In this document: positions 40,783-53,439 of the stretch, piece after piece
Numbering within the stretch: the stretch's first letter is position 1
Layout of the letters: each line of letters starts with the position of its first letter
NCBI RefSeq assembly: GCF_006345805.1
Contig: NC_043013.1
Location: 2,418,001-2,482,000 of the forward strand
DNA: 64,000 nucleotides
Direction: 5' to 3'
Source of the DNA: Octopus sinensis
Lineage: Eukaryota
Made by a program: the position numbers and the translations under genes
The notes under the pieces: generated by a model
What the model was told of the DNA's origin: nothing
What the model saw: the letters and a program-made list of their open reading frames with translations, nothing else
Database searches by the model: none

Positions 40783-41262
40783 CGTATAAAGATAGAGAGA
40801 GAGAGAGAGTGACAGACAAAAAGAGACAGAGACAGACGTATATAGACAGATAGATATTCGTACATATACACGCATAAGGAATTGTTCTCAGAGGGACATG
40901 TATATATGTCTCATACACACATACACACACGTATATATATATAATATATATTAACAGTAATGGTTTCTGTCTACAATTATCTTGCCATTCCCTCTTTCAC
41001 GTTTTACATTCGACACTCACCACAAACATGGGAATATATATAATATATACACACAAAATTGGGCACTATATACATACACACATATATATATATATCTGTA
41101 TATATCCACACAAACACAAAACATACGTAGACATGGGTCTGGTCGATTAGGTCTTCACAACAACAGCCATACATAGACAAACACTTATATATCCTCTCAG
41201 TTGATAAAACTGCTTTAATACACCTCAAAACTGTCTGTCAACCTAGCTAGCGACATACACGC

Positions 41263-41294
<32 letters not shown>

Positions 41295-41417
41295 TTATGT
41301 GGGTCCAAATGTATATATATATATGATGTGTATCTACATGTGTATATATATATATATATTTATATATATAAATTTATATATATACATACATGTCAACGAT
41401 CACGGATACTTTACATT

Positions 41418-41459
<42 letters not shown>

Positions 41460-41485
41460 CACAAAAGGAGCAAATGTGTGTAAAC

Positions 41486-41517
<32 letters not shown>

Positions 41518-41789
41518 AACACAAAAGAACAAATGTGTAAACATATACACATAGTTTTATAAATATATGTCTTAGATTATTCATGTATACGTTATATATT
41601 GTCTGAATATATTTGTGTGTGTGTGTGTGTGCGAGTGCACGTTTGTGTCTGTCTCTCAATTTGGCAAGGTTCCCCTTTTTTTTTCCTCTTTCCTTAGTTG
41701 TTTAGTGTGTTTGTCTGTCTGTGTGTCTGACAGTCATCAGGCGGGACGGCGTCAACGTCACACACACACACACACATACACACACATAC

Positions 41790-41830
<41 letters not shown>

Positions 41831-42132
41831 GAGAGAGAGAGGAAGAAAGAAGGAAGCGCGCACTCCTCCACGCCTGCTCTCTGTCTACTTCTCGCATACC
41901 AGGCAGGCTACCTCCATATTGATCCTTACTGACACAGCCACTAAAAGTGCGCGCGCGCGCACACGCACTTATACACTCACACACTCGCACACGCACCCAC
42001 ACATGTATGTATATCTGGCTCTCTATTTTTTTTTTCCCTTATACTTGTTTCTGGCATTTAGACCGAGGCCATACTGGGGTACTTGCCTTGAAAGGTTCAG
42101 TTGAACAAACCGACCCTAAAAAAATATATATG

Positions 42133-42165
<33 letters not shown>

Positions 42166-42326
42166 GTATGTATATATATATATATATATGTATGTATATA
42201 TGTATGTATGTATGTATATATATATATATATTTATATATATCTATATATATATATATATATATATAAATACATATATGTGAGTGTGTATGTGTGTATATA
42301 TATGAGTGTACGCTTTCCTATGTGTT

Positions 42327-42358
<32 letters not shown>

Positions 42359-43170
42359 TGTGTTTATATATGTGTGTACGTGTGTATGTATGTATATAAA
42401 CGAACGCACAGAAAGCTACTACGTACAAAGTCATACACACATACATAGACACAAACAAAAACAATTTATACACATACATTTACATATATTAAAACTTAAA
42501 TTTACTGAATTTCTTAATAAGCACACACACACACACATAGTGAATCGTGTATTCAATGAGATAACACATACATTTACTACGCACGCACACACACACACAC
42601 ACACGTACTGTACAGAGAGCAATATATATATAACTCCACACTCAGATATGTAGTGGCTCCACCAACGGCACCAGTACATGAGTAACATCTCCGCCATCAC
42701 GTCTCCTACCACCACAATCATCACAACTCCTACCACCACCTATATCACAACCAGCCTGCTACTCTCACACTCGTCCTATCTCAGCCTTCCACTGTCTGTT
42801 CATCTTACCGTCTGTCTGGCTCACACATATACACACTTACACCGACTTCTCTCTCTCTTTCTCTCTCTCTCGCTTTCTCTCTCTCTCTCTTTCTCTCTCT
42901 CTCGCTTTCTCTCTCTCTCTCTCTTACTCACTCATTTTTAACAATTATTTCTCCTTCATTTCTCTTTCTCCCTCAGTTTCTCTCTCTCTCCTTTGCTCAT
43001 TCACTTATTTTTAATATTTATCTCTCTCTCATCTCTTTTTCTTTCTGTCTCTATCTGTTCTTCTGTCTCTGTCTCTGTTTTTTCTCTTTTCTACATAATA
43101 TCTACTCCCTTACCTACACTTGCCTCTCTTTATTCTCCAACGGTCAAATATGTGTATGTATATCTATCTG

Positions 43171-43206
<36 letters not shown>

Positions 43207-43799
43207 CCTACCTACTTACCTATCTATCTATCCATCTATCTATCTGTCTATCTATCTCTATCAAGATGTCTGCCTATCCGTCTGTCAAAAGCATGAGTAT
43301 GTGTGTGTGTGCGCGTGCGTACGCATGAAGTGCACATACATCTGTTTATCTGTCTACCTGACTATGAATGTCTCCACTTGTGTATCTATTCCTGTCCACT
43401 GTATATCTATCTATCTATCTGTCTCCTTTACCCTCTCTCTTTTTCCCTGCCTAGCTACATAACTTGCTAGCTAGCTGTCTATTCATTTATCTGTCTCTCT
43501 ATCTAGCTCGCCATTTAGTACGTTAAGAACTAAAATAGTTTGAGAGAAAGAGAGTGGGATATTGTGAGATGTCTACGTCTATTTTATCAATGTCTGCTAC
43601 CTACCTACCTACCCGCCCCACCTACCACCCACTGCTATCCGGTCTGTCTGTGTGTCTTACACAACATTTCTAGCCACTGCATAATTTTGGAATTACGAAA
43701 CCTCTATTGTGTGTATATATGTGTATGTATAGTAACAATTCAAATAAACCACTGTATGTATAAGGAAAATTCGCCTGAAATTTACTAATGCTAATAACT

Positions 43800-45070
43800 A
43801 GGATAGGAAAAATGGTTTCTAATTTAGCCGATGCCGCCGTCCTAGAGAAATAAATAGCAAAGTTGACCATGCCGTGATTTAAACTCAAAACATAAATACC
43901 CAGAAGAAATACTGCAAAACATCTTTCCGATGCTCTAAATAACTGAGTGATAAATTTTGGTTTGAAATTTTTGGCACTATGTCAGCGAGTTTGGGGCAGT
44001 GGGGAAAGTCGATACCTGCTTAACAGGTACTTATTTTATCGATTACCAAGGGATGAAAGGCAAAGTCGACTCCGGAGGAATTTGAACTCAGAACGTAAAG
44101 ACGGACGAAATGCCGCTAAGCACGTTATCCTGCGCAGAAAAGATTCTGCCAGCTTGCCATCTTAATTAAATAATAGATTGCTTTCAAATTTTGGCACGAG
44201 GCCAGCAATTTCGGGGAAGCAGGTAAGTTGATTACATCTGTCCCAGTACTCAACTGTACTCATTTTATCGACCCTGAAATGATGAAAGGCAAAGTCGACC
44301 TTGGCGGAATTTGAACGCAAAAAGTATTGGCGGGTTTGGCAGAAGTCAATTAAATCAAGCCCTCTTCTTAATTGGTACTTTATTTTATCGATCTTATAAA
44401 GGATGGAAAGCCAAATTAACTTCAACAGGATCTGAACTCATAAGGTAAAAACTTGGAAGAAACACAAGGCATTTTGCCCAAATTCTAACGATTTTTATCA
44501 ATCCGCCATCTTCTTTCTACTATGGGTACAAAGCCTGAAATTGTTGAGGGAGAAGGCTAGTCAATTACGTCGACCCCTAGTATTCAACTGGTACTTATTT
44601 CATAGACACCGAAAGGGTGAAAGTCAGAGTCGACCATGGCGGAATTTGTGCTTATATAGTAAAGACAGACGAAATATTTCTCAATTCTCCAAATTTAGTG
44701 GGTATAGGAAAGGAACAGTCTATCATATCGACTCCAGTAAATTACTGGTACATTATTTTTATCGATCTTAGGAGGATTGACTGCGGCATGATCTGAACCC
44801 GGAATGTAAAAAAAAAAACAGGAAGAAATACAGGGCATTTTGCCTGAATTCCAAAAATGTTACCAGTTAACCACCCTACTAACAAGTGTCTCACAAGGCC
44901 TGCAATCTAAGTGGTGGTGTGAGTGGGGTGCAAGAATCGATATTTATTAACCTCTTAGATATTGACTGCAATCAGTGCGCTTTATTATTTTTGATCAACT
45001 CTGGAAAATATGAAAGGCAAAGTTGAACTCGGCAAGATTTTGAAGCCTAAGCGTAAAGGGCGGTAACTAA
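43800..45070 (-). mobile_element. Head-to-tail array of five or more decayed SINE family B copies
   Basis: Repeated ACTGGTACTTATTTTATCGACC..GATGAAAGGCAAAGTCGAC..CGG.GGAATTTGAAC units. Confidence 0.78.
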
Positions 45071-45200
45071 GTAGCACAAAACATCTTTTTGTCTGGTACT
45101 ACGATGACTATGCCACACGCCGCTCTTTCCGAATGATTAGAAAGATGGTGGTGTTTAAAGGTCGACACAAGGGCAGCACCAATTCAAAAATGTACATATA

Positions 45201-45556
45201 TAGGCGCAGGCGTGGCTGCGTGGTATGAAGTTTGCTTCCCAACCACATGGTTCCGGGTTCAGTCCCACTGCGTGGCATCTTGGGCAAGTGTCTTCTGCTA
45301 TAGCTCCGGGCTGACCAATGCCTTGTGAGTGGATTTGGTAGACAGAAACCGAAAGAAGCCCTAGCTCCTACACGCATTTTTTTCTCTCCCTGTTTCTCTC
45401 CTTGTTTTCTTTTTTCTGTGTACCTTTCTGTCGAAGAGCGTAGGCTCGAAATGTAAAAGACTTTTTCTATTTCTATTCCTGAGCGCTATACTAATACAAT
45501 TATTTGTTTGTACTCCACCTGCCTTCGTCTTTTGTTTATTTTCGTAAACTTTCCCG

Positions 45557-45607
<51 letters not shown>

Positions 45608-46195
45608 CGCAGGAGTGGCTGTGTGGTAAGTAGCTTGTTTACCAACCACATGGTTCCGGTTTCAGTCCCACTTCGTGGCACCTTGGGCAAGTGTCTTCTA
45701 CTATAGCCTCAGGCCGACCAAAGCCTTGTGAGTGGATTTGGTAGACGGAAACTGAAAGAAGCTCGTCGTATATATGCGTGTGTGTGTTTGTGTGTCTGTG
45801 ATTGTCCCCACCATCGCTTGACACCGATGCTGGTGTGTTTATGTCCCCGTCACTTAACGGTTCGGCAAAATAGACCGATAGAATAAGTACTGGGCTTACA
45901 AAGATTAAGTTCCGGGGTCGAGTTGCTCGATTAAAGGCGGTGCTCCAGCATGGCCGCAGTCAAGTGACTGAAACAAGTGAAAAAAAAAATATGTATGTAT
46001 GTGTTTGTCTCCCCTGCATCGCTTGACAACCGTGTTGGTGTCTTTATGTCCCTGTAACTTAGCGGTTCGGCAAAAGATATCGATAAAATAAGTATCAGGC
46101 TCAAAAGAAAGTCCTGGAGGTGGATACATTCGGCTATAAATTCTTCAAGGCGGTACCCCAGCATGGCCGCAGTCTAATGACTGAAACAAATAAAA
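45201..46195 (+). mobile_element. SINE family A cluster (head 45201-45361; full copy 45604-45980; extra tail 46005-46195)
   Basis: Same head, CORE-like block and tail sequences as other copies. Confidence 0.85.
45361..45558 (+). mobile_element. Penelope-type terminal repeat with hammerhead-like core (copy 2)
   Basis: CTTT-CTGTCGA-AGAGC-GTAG-GCTC-GAAATGTA-AAAG; same 3' end (CGTAAACTTTCCCG) running into (TA)n as copy 1. Confidence 0.6.
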
Positions 46196-46920
46196 GTTAA
46201 AAGGTAAAGACACCGGGGTCTGCATGTACGAACGACCAGCGAAACTGTTGCTTGCATATATGTATATATGTGTGCATATATATAAATGTGACCTCGTGTG
46301 TACCGTTGGCGATTTTTTTTCCTCTGTCTTTCTTTCTCTGGATCTTTCCTTCTCCTATGTTTCCGACGAAGAGCTCCGCTCCAAACGTTAAAGCCACCTT
46401 CTTTCCTTCATTCCTGAGCGTCCAATAATACTGTATCTGTTCCACGTCCTCGCGTTGTTGTTTTTTTGTGCTTCCTTGTTTGGATTAACCATATGTGTGT
46501 GTGTGTGTGTGGTGTGTGTGTATATGTGTGTGTGTGCGCGCGCGTGCGTGCGTGTGTGTGTGTGTGTGTGTGTAATAATTTTCACATTAGCGTTTTGCTG
46601 GATCAGCCACAAATATGGTAAATATAAATACTGGCAGTCAGGGATGTGTGAACGATGCCAAGAGAATGTTTGCTACGAATGACATTTTTGACAAAGGGCA
46701 CCTCTAAGACGACCGCCTGACGCTGAGCAACAATAAATGAATTGTGACCAGGCTCAATAATAGGAACCCGGGTTATTGGCTGCAATTTCATACTTGAAGT
46801 CAGTGTTGGCAAAAATTAAATCAGCTTGCCAATACACGTTTACTTTACTAAATTTATATTCGGAATAAGCCTGAATAGCCCGAGTGCCGGTGTGCCACAG
46901 ATATATATATATATATATAT

Positions 46921-46965
<45 letters not shown>

Positions 46966-47454
46966 CAATTCAAAAGAACACAGAGAAAAAGAAAAATACA
47001 AACAAACGTTTGTACGTGGCACAAGTAATATATTAATAAGACGCTCAAAGAAAGAAAAGAGTAGAGGTTTTACGCTTCGAGCATAGCTCTTCTTCGGAAA
47101 CAGGAAGAAATAAGGAAGTCCAAGACGAAGGAGGAACAAAATCGCCAACAGTCACGTGCGGTTACATTTTTGAAGTAAGTGACCGGAAGTGGGAATGAAG
47201 AGAAATTGCTTTCTGGAACAGGAGGGTGCGAAAATGGTCAGTATGCGTGTACGCACGCGCGTGTGGGGTGGCGTGTGTATGTATGTATGGTAGCGTGTGT
47301 GTACGTGTGTGCGGCAGTAACTGCGTGTGTATGTGTGTGTGCGTGGTAGCGTGTGTGAAAGAGTGGGTGTGGCAGTGCGTGTGTATGTGTGTTTGCATGT
47401 GTGCGTAGATGGAAGGGTCCAAAGTGGGTCAGAGGCAGTCAGAAGAGGGGTTTC

Positions 47455-48270
47455 AAATTTTGGCACTAGGCCAGCAACTGCGGAGGAGTGGAGTCAGTCG
47501 ATTAAATTTTGAGGAATACGCGGGTAAATTTTGATTGCATTCACCAAAGTGTGAACATAAACTGGAGATGAAATAGTGCTGCGACTTTAATGTATTACTG
47601 GTATAGATGTAGTGCGCTGAAGTATTGCTGTCTCTGGACTCAAAATATAATAACTAAAATTCTAATCAACCAATTACAACATTTTCTGTTCAATATATAA
47701 AATAATTCATCGCTTGCATAATTTTACATATTCTAGGTAGGAAAAAATATTCATGTTTTCTATTTACTCCAAGTATATAAGAATATATTTTATAGTATTA
47801 AAATACAATTATGTGCAAATGAAAATTTCACCCACAATATTTTTTTTTTTTGTACTATAGGCACAAGGTCCGAAATCTGGGGAATGGTTAGTCGTCTACA
47901 TAAAACCAGTTTGTAACTGGTACTTATTTGATCGATCTCGAACGGGGATGAAAGACAAAGTCGACTCACGGTTAAATTTGAAATCAGAACGTAAAAACGG
48001 ACGAAATGCCACTAAGCAGTTTTTCCGGTATGCCAGCTCGCTGCCTTTGTTAGTTTACTTTTAATATTGATTTCCAGTTTTGGCTCAAGGCCAGCAATCT
48101 CGGAGAAGGGGGCTAAGTCGATTAAATCGACATTAGTGCTCAACTGGTACTTATTTTTGTCGACCCCGAAAAGATGAAAGACAAAGTCAACATTGGCGGA
48201 AATTGAACTCAGAACGTAACGACGGCCGACATGCTGCAAACATTTTGCCCGGCCTGCTAATGATTCTGCT
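47455..48270 (-). mobile_element. SINE family B cluster (two to three decayed copies)
   Basis: Same ACTGGTACTTATTT...AAAGTCGAC...GAACTCAGAACGT units. Further single copies at ~4020-4200, ~5010-5160, ~19400-19530 (minus) and ~59185-59330 (plus). Confidence 0.7.
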
Positions 48271-48454
48271 AACATACTGATATCAATGAGGAACTTGTCC
48301 GAGGCTGGATGTTTGACAACTATACTCTCAAGTCCTTCTAAAGAGTTTGGAGTCGTGACCTGCATTCGTTCTTAATCATGCTCATAACGAGAACCCAGCT
48401 TCACAAAGATGTGAAGGTGAAAAAGGAACAAAGTTTTTTAAGCGCTTTTATTAT

Positions 48455-48852
48455 GCGTAGGAGTGGCTGTGTGGTAAGTAGCTTGCTTCCCGACTACATA
48501 GTTCAGGGTTCAGTCCCACTACCTGGCACCTTGGGCAAGTGTCTTCTACTATAGCCTCGGGCCGACCAAAGCCTTGTGAGTGGATTTGGTTGACGGGAAC
48601 TGAAAGAAGCCCGTCGTATATATGTATATATATGTGTGTGTATGTGTTTGTGTGTCTGTGTTTGTCCTCCCAACATCGCTCGACAACCGATGCTGGTGTG
48701 TCTACGTCCCCGTAACTTAGCGGTTCGGCAAAAGAGACCGATAGAATAAGTACTAGGCTTACAAAGAATAAGTCCTGGGGTCGAATTGCTCGACTAAAGG
48801 TGGTGCTCCAGCATGACCACAGTCAAATGACTGAAACAAGTAAAAGAATAAA
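48455..48852 (+). mobile_element. SINE family A, full length
   Basis: Head, CORE-like block, (TA)(TG) tract and tail ending GAAACAAGTAAAAGAATAAAAG. Confidence 0.88.
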
Positions 48853-48869
48853 AGAGTATGATGATTAGG

Positions 48870-50050
48870 TATACCTGCCAGAGAGACAGTCATAACAAGC
48901 TTATGTCAGTTGAAGAGTGCTGCAATTTCTGCCCCTGTCATATCTGATTCCCGTCAACTTAGAGTCTTCTGAAACAGTAAATGTTGCTTACACACAAATG
49001 GATCTTTTATTAAATCCATGAAGATACATCATGCGAAGGTAAATACGTTAATATATTCTCACTCGATAGTAACAAGCTTTGCAAAATAAATTCAACAAGA
49101 TTTTTCTCTCTCTTGAAAGATTTTGTTAGCTCAGACATTTAAATTTCATTCTCGCCTTTTATTCTAGCCCTCCACAATGTTAGTTTTTCCAGAAAAGAGT
49201 TGATTTTGTCAGTTCTCTCTCTACACATTCTGGTTAAGCACGATCAAAGTTCGGAAAATGTCTGCAAAGAATGGCAACTTAGTGTGCCACGTCTCATCAT
49301 TAAGCGGGTCAACGAGCAGACTCTTTAGGTGGGGAAACATTAGAAGTTCTCTGTTCATAAAAGCTCGGAAGTTCTTTCCCACGAGTTAACTTTAGATCCG
49401 TGTGCAATAGAAAGTGTTGTGAACTACTTCAATGAAAGAAGAGAGTGAGGAAAATAAACGGCGTAGATTTTAATAACCGACTCATGTGATTCTAACTGTT
49501 TCATTCACTGAAGGTTTTTTTCTAGTTGTTTTTTCGTTATTTTTGTTCTTTATTTGGGATGGTGATTTTGAAACGAAGGCTTCTTTGTAGAGAAAACAAC
49601 GTGTAAAAACAAGCAATTACATTGAATTTTTTTGCTTGACCAGAACCCAGAAACCTTTCAATCTTCTTATGGAAGTGGCTTACGAAAAAAATTCCTCCAT
49701 GAAGTGCTAATTGTAAAGAAACCTATTGAATGCTAGGAGCTGAGCTTTTCCATTTGTTTTCCATTTGACTCATCCGCGGTTATCTCTTGTGACTTAAACC
49801 CTTAGAGTTCATTATTTGTACGTTAACTAATAATGCTACCTGACAAAGTAATAGCGAAAATTCCTCACTAAACAGATTTAGGATTTTACATTATGTTGGT
49901 AAAATTACTAACTTGGCAATTGTATACAATTTTAACTTTTCGGTCACGATTTCTGCAACAGAATAGCTTGCTTGTTCAGCTTTGTTTGAATAATTAGCTT
50001 TGATTAATTACTTAGTTTGTTGTATTTGATCAGGGCTGAGTCTTCTAAGA
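48870..50050 (-). mobile_element. hAT (Charlie/ZBED5-FAM200-like) transposase remnant
   Basis: Minus-strand fragments NKAEQASYSVAEIV, TRCFLYKEAFVSKS (HCxLHREALASK-type), DETWHTKLPFFADIFRTL (WxxKLAYLADIF-type), TDKINSFLEKLTLWRARI. Confidence 0.75.
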
Positions 50051-50282
50051 TACTCAACAGGTTTCTTGCATAATTAAAGATACTTTTCTAAGGTGATTCT
50101 TTGTAGCTTACTTAGAACCATTGCTTGGTTGCCAATTTCCTATCACAAATAACCACATTTGATTCAGTATTATCACCAAATTTTTAAAACTGAAAATGGG
50201 CACATGCCAAATAAATGCTATATAATATAAATACATATACATACAGACATATATACATACATGCATACATACGTACACATAC

Positions 50283-50344
<62 letters not shown>

Positions 50345-50359
50345 ATATTTATATATAAC

Positions 50360-50605
50360 TTGTTGTATTTCGGGATGGTAATCTTATTTAATTTTTGTCA
50401 AATAAACACACGCACTATATATTCGTTCTTCACTCGTTTATTACTGGTCTTATTCTAACTCATGTCCATTGCCCGGAAATCCTTCGTCACACATCTGTGA
50501 CCTCTTCAGCGACACTTTCCGTCTTCGTGTGTGCTCTAATGGACATAAATTAGAATAAGAACAGTAATAAACGAGTGAAAAAATGACCATCCCGAAACAC
50601 AACAA
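50360..50605. repeat. Nested inverted repeat (42-bp inner arms, ~23-bp outer arms) around a hammerhead-like core
   Basis: 50429-50470 vs 50538-50579 (3 mismatches); 50360-50382 vs 50583-50605. Confidence 0.85.
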
Positions 50606-50769
50606 TATCTGTTTCAACACACGGTTTCATATCAGGAATCTTGCAACACAGATTCATAAACGTATATAGAGGATTCAGATACAATCGAGTACTTGAAAAG
50701 GTATGCACCAAGTAGGTTGGGTAATCTCGTGGTTCCGGCCTGTGGTTGGTGAGACAAAAGATCTTGTCC

Positions 50770-51130
50770 GCTGTCGATGTTTAGCGGAAAATGTTGTTTA
50801 CAAATGTGATGTTGTAACGGAGACCAGCACTTATACTTATATCGGCTGCTCTGTAAATCTCAAGGAGTGCTTATGCAACCATTGTTCATCTTTTAATTAA
50901 CATATTGGGCTGGCAGGACGTCTCTAGCCACTAAGATTTGGAAGTTCAAGTATGACAATGTTAAATTTGATTTGAGCTGGGACACCATTAAGGTCGATGC
51001 AGACTTTGCTGCATGGAGCTATTTGAAATTTTAAGGCGATCTAATAGTGAAAATCTACTAAATAATAAACTAGATCTTCGTCGTTCCTGTATACATAAAG
51101 CTACCCGCACGTTTAAATACTTTAAGGATA
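50770..51130 (+). mobile_element. Penelope-like element, GIY-YIG endonuclease C-terminal remnant
   Basis: CLAENVVYKCDVVTETSTYTYIGCSVNLKECLCNHCSSF, TSLATKIWKFKYDNVKFDLSW, ENLLNNKLDLRRSCIHK match the Penelope GIY-YIG layout. Confidence 0.75.
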
Positions 51131-52400
51131 TTAGACAACCTCTACGATAGCCCCCGACCTAGATCCAATCCAATTTACTCCCTCTTCCGCTGACCTTTAT
51201 CCTATCGATCTACCCATTCGTTTCTGAGTCCTCCTAGTTTTGTTTTCTCTTTACCAATACCTTCTAACCGCTCTAGAATGGTATGCTATATTGAAGGAAC
51301 TAACCATTCTATCTGTGGTGCACCCGGTTTTATGCATTAGCGACGACAGTGATACATAACTTCTAGTAGCAGCCTACACATTCTTGACAGTTCGTTTCCA
51401 TTTCTGCTATCTATGTACTCCTTACACCAACATAGATTTTGAGCAGCGCTAGTTACACAGGAGATAGAACACACTATCCAAACCCCTTATCCGCGAATAT
51501 TGTCTTGAGTTGCTTCCCCTTTTCACACAAAGGTGATTATACCATCCAATTTTGATACCATCGCCACCTGTTTACCATTCCGAAGTTAACTATTAGACTA
51601 CACCCTACTACTGGCTTTCCTTGATATCCTATCGACTATTTCCTCTAGCTGCGTACTAGGTGTAGTTCATTATATAACCCTATCTTTCTTTAAGCCCCTT
51701 ATTAATAGGTAACACTCTACTATAACTTCAATTCCATAAAATGTTGATCTTATTATTTGATGGCCCTCGTACCCCACACCCTACTTTCAACCAATATCCA
51801 CTGAATACCCCTAAATTTCTGTATTTCTCTATCCCCCTCCCCTCGTCATTTACCATTAGCTTGAGATTCCTATACTCCGACCCTATACCAGATTGGCTTG
51901 TACGCTTTTATTCTTATTTTATTTTTTATTTTATTTTTCCTTCACCCTTATGCTTGATTTTTCTTTTCTTTTTTCCCCCTTATCCATAATTTCTTTATGA
52001 CATCTTAATTACCAGTACTCTAAGCCTACTATATAATAAATTATCTCCTACACCACGTTCCAGTCTACCTATTATCTAGGCTAGCAGACTCCTTCTCACC
52101 CGAATCACTGGCCTTAGATATCATATTACACACTTTCAAGAACTACATTCTTAATCTAAACGGCCAACATAGTTGGTCATTCTCCCATTTCATAGTTAGC
52201 CTCGACAGACTCTAGCCACATCCCTGCTGTATTCTTGGGATATTCTTTTGTTTTGTAAAATTACTTCTCATCTGATGATTACAGTCTTTTATAATGATGC
52301 AATGTTCTCATTCTTCTATTAAAAAGTTATGTAAAAAAACATCTGTAATGACCCGACAATTATCCATCGTATGTTATTATTCATTTGATATATATATGTA

Positions 52401-53200
52401 CAGTAGAACCTCGCAGTACCAGTGCATCGGTATACGAGTAATTTGCTGTATGAATCGAGACTCGTGCGAATTTTTGTCGTGCAGTACGAGCGGAAATCCG
52501 TTGTAAAAGCGACTTTCACACAAGCTGGTCGGCGCTGCTCTCGCACACGCTCTCGCAACAAGAGCAGTATCCGCGCTCTCAGTTCATATGTTTATCTCAT
52601 TATGGCAGCATCCTTCTTGTGTTTTTCCCACTGTTTTTTGTTTAGTTTTGTGCGTATTTTGCTATTAATTTATAATAATTAGTTGTGTTAGCCATGGGTC
52701 CTGAGAATGGTAGCGCAAAGGACAGTGCTGAAAGGAATGAAAAGCTGATTACGATTGAATTGAAGAAGGAAATCATTGATAAACATGAGAGAGGAGTGCG
52801 TGTAGTGGACATAGGACGTCAATACGACCGAAGCACGTCGACGACTTGCACCATCTTGGAGAAAAAAGGACGAGATAAGGCTGTTACAACAGCAAAGGGT
52901 GTCTCCAGGTTCTCTAAGCCCACGAAAGGATGGGAAAATTGTTTTTCCTGTGGATCAACGAGAAGTAATTCGCGTAGGGATATGATTACGGAGACCATCA
53001 TCTGCGAAAAAGCACGAGCGTTGTTTGGAGAACTCCTGATGCAGAACCCTGGAACATCGACGGAGGAGACATCAGCAGACGCATTTAAGGCCAGTCACGG
53101 CTGGTTCGATAGTTTCAAGAAGAGGACTGGTGTTCATAACGCTGTCAGATGTGGAGAAGCAGCTGAAGATTACTCGCGTGAATTCCGTCAGCTCATCGCA
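52401..53200 (+). mobile_element. Tigger/pogo DNA transposon, 5' part (left TIR plus truncated transposase with CENP-B-type HTH domains)
   Basis: TA|CAGTAGAACCTCG terminus at 52401. ORF 52685+ has ITIELKKEIIDKHERGVRVVDIGRQYDRSTST and FKASHGWFDSFKKRTG; no DDE domain seen. Confidence 0.85.
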
Positions 53201-53439
53201 GCCAAAGATAAAATATTTGCTAAATCTTTTATCTTTAATCGTTTACATGTGTCTGTCATTAGACTGTGGCCATGCTGGGGTATCACCTTGAATTTTAGAA
53301 GTACGAATCAATCCTAGTACTTTTTTTATTTTCTTTTAAGCCCGGTACTTATTCTAGTAGCCTCTTTTGCTGAACCGCTAGATAACGGGAACATAAATAC
53401 AATAACACCGGTATTCAAGCGGTGGGAGGGGGGAACAGA

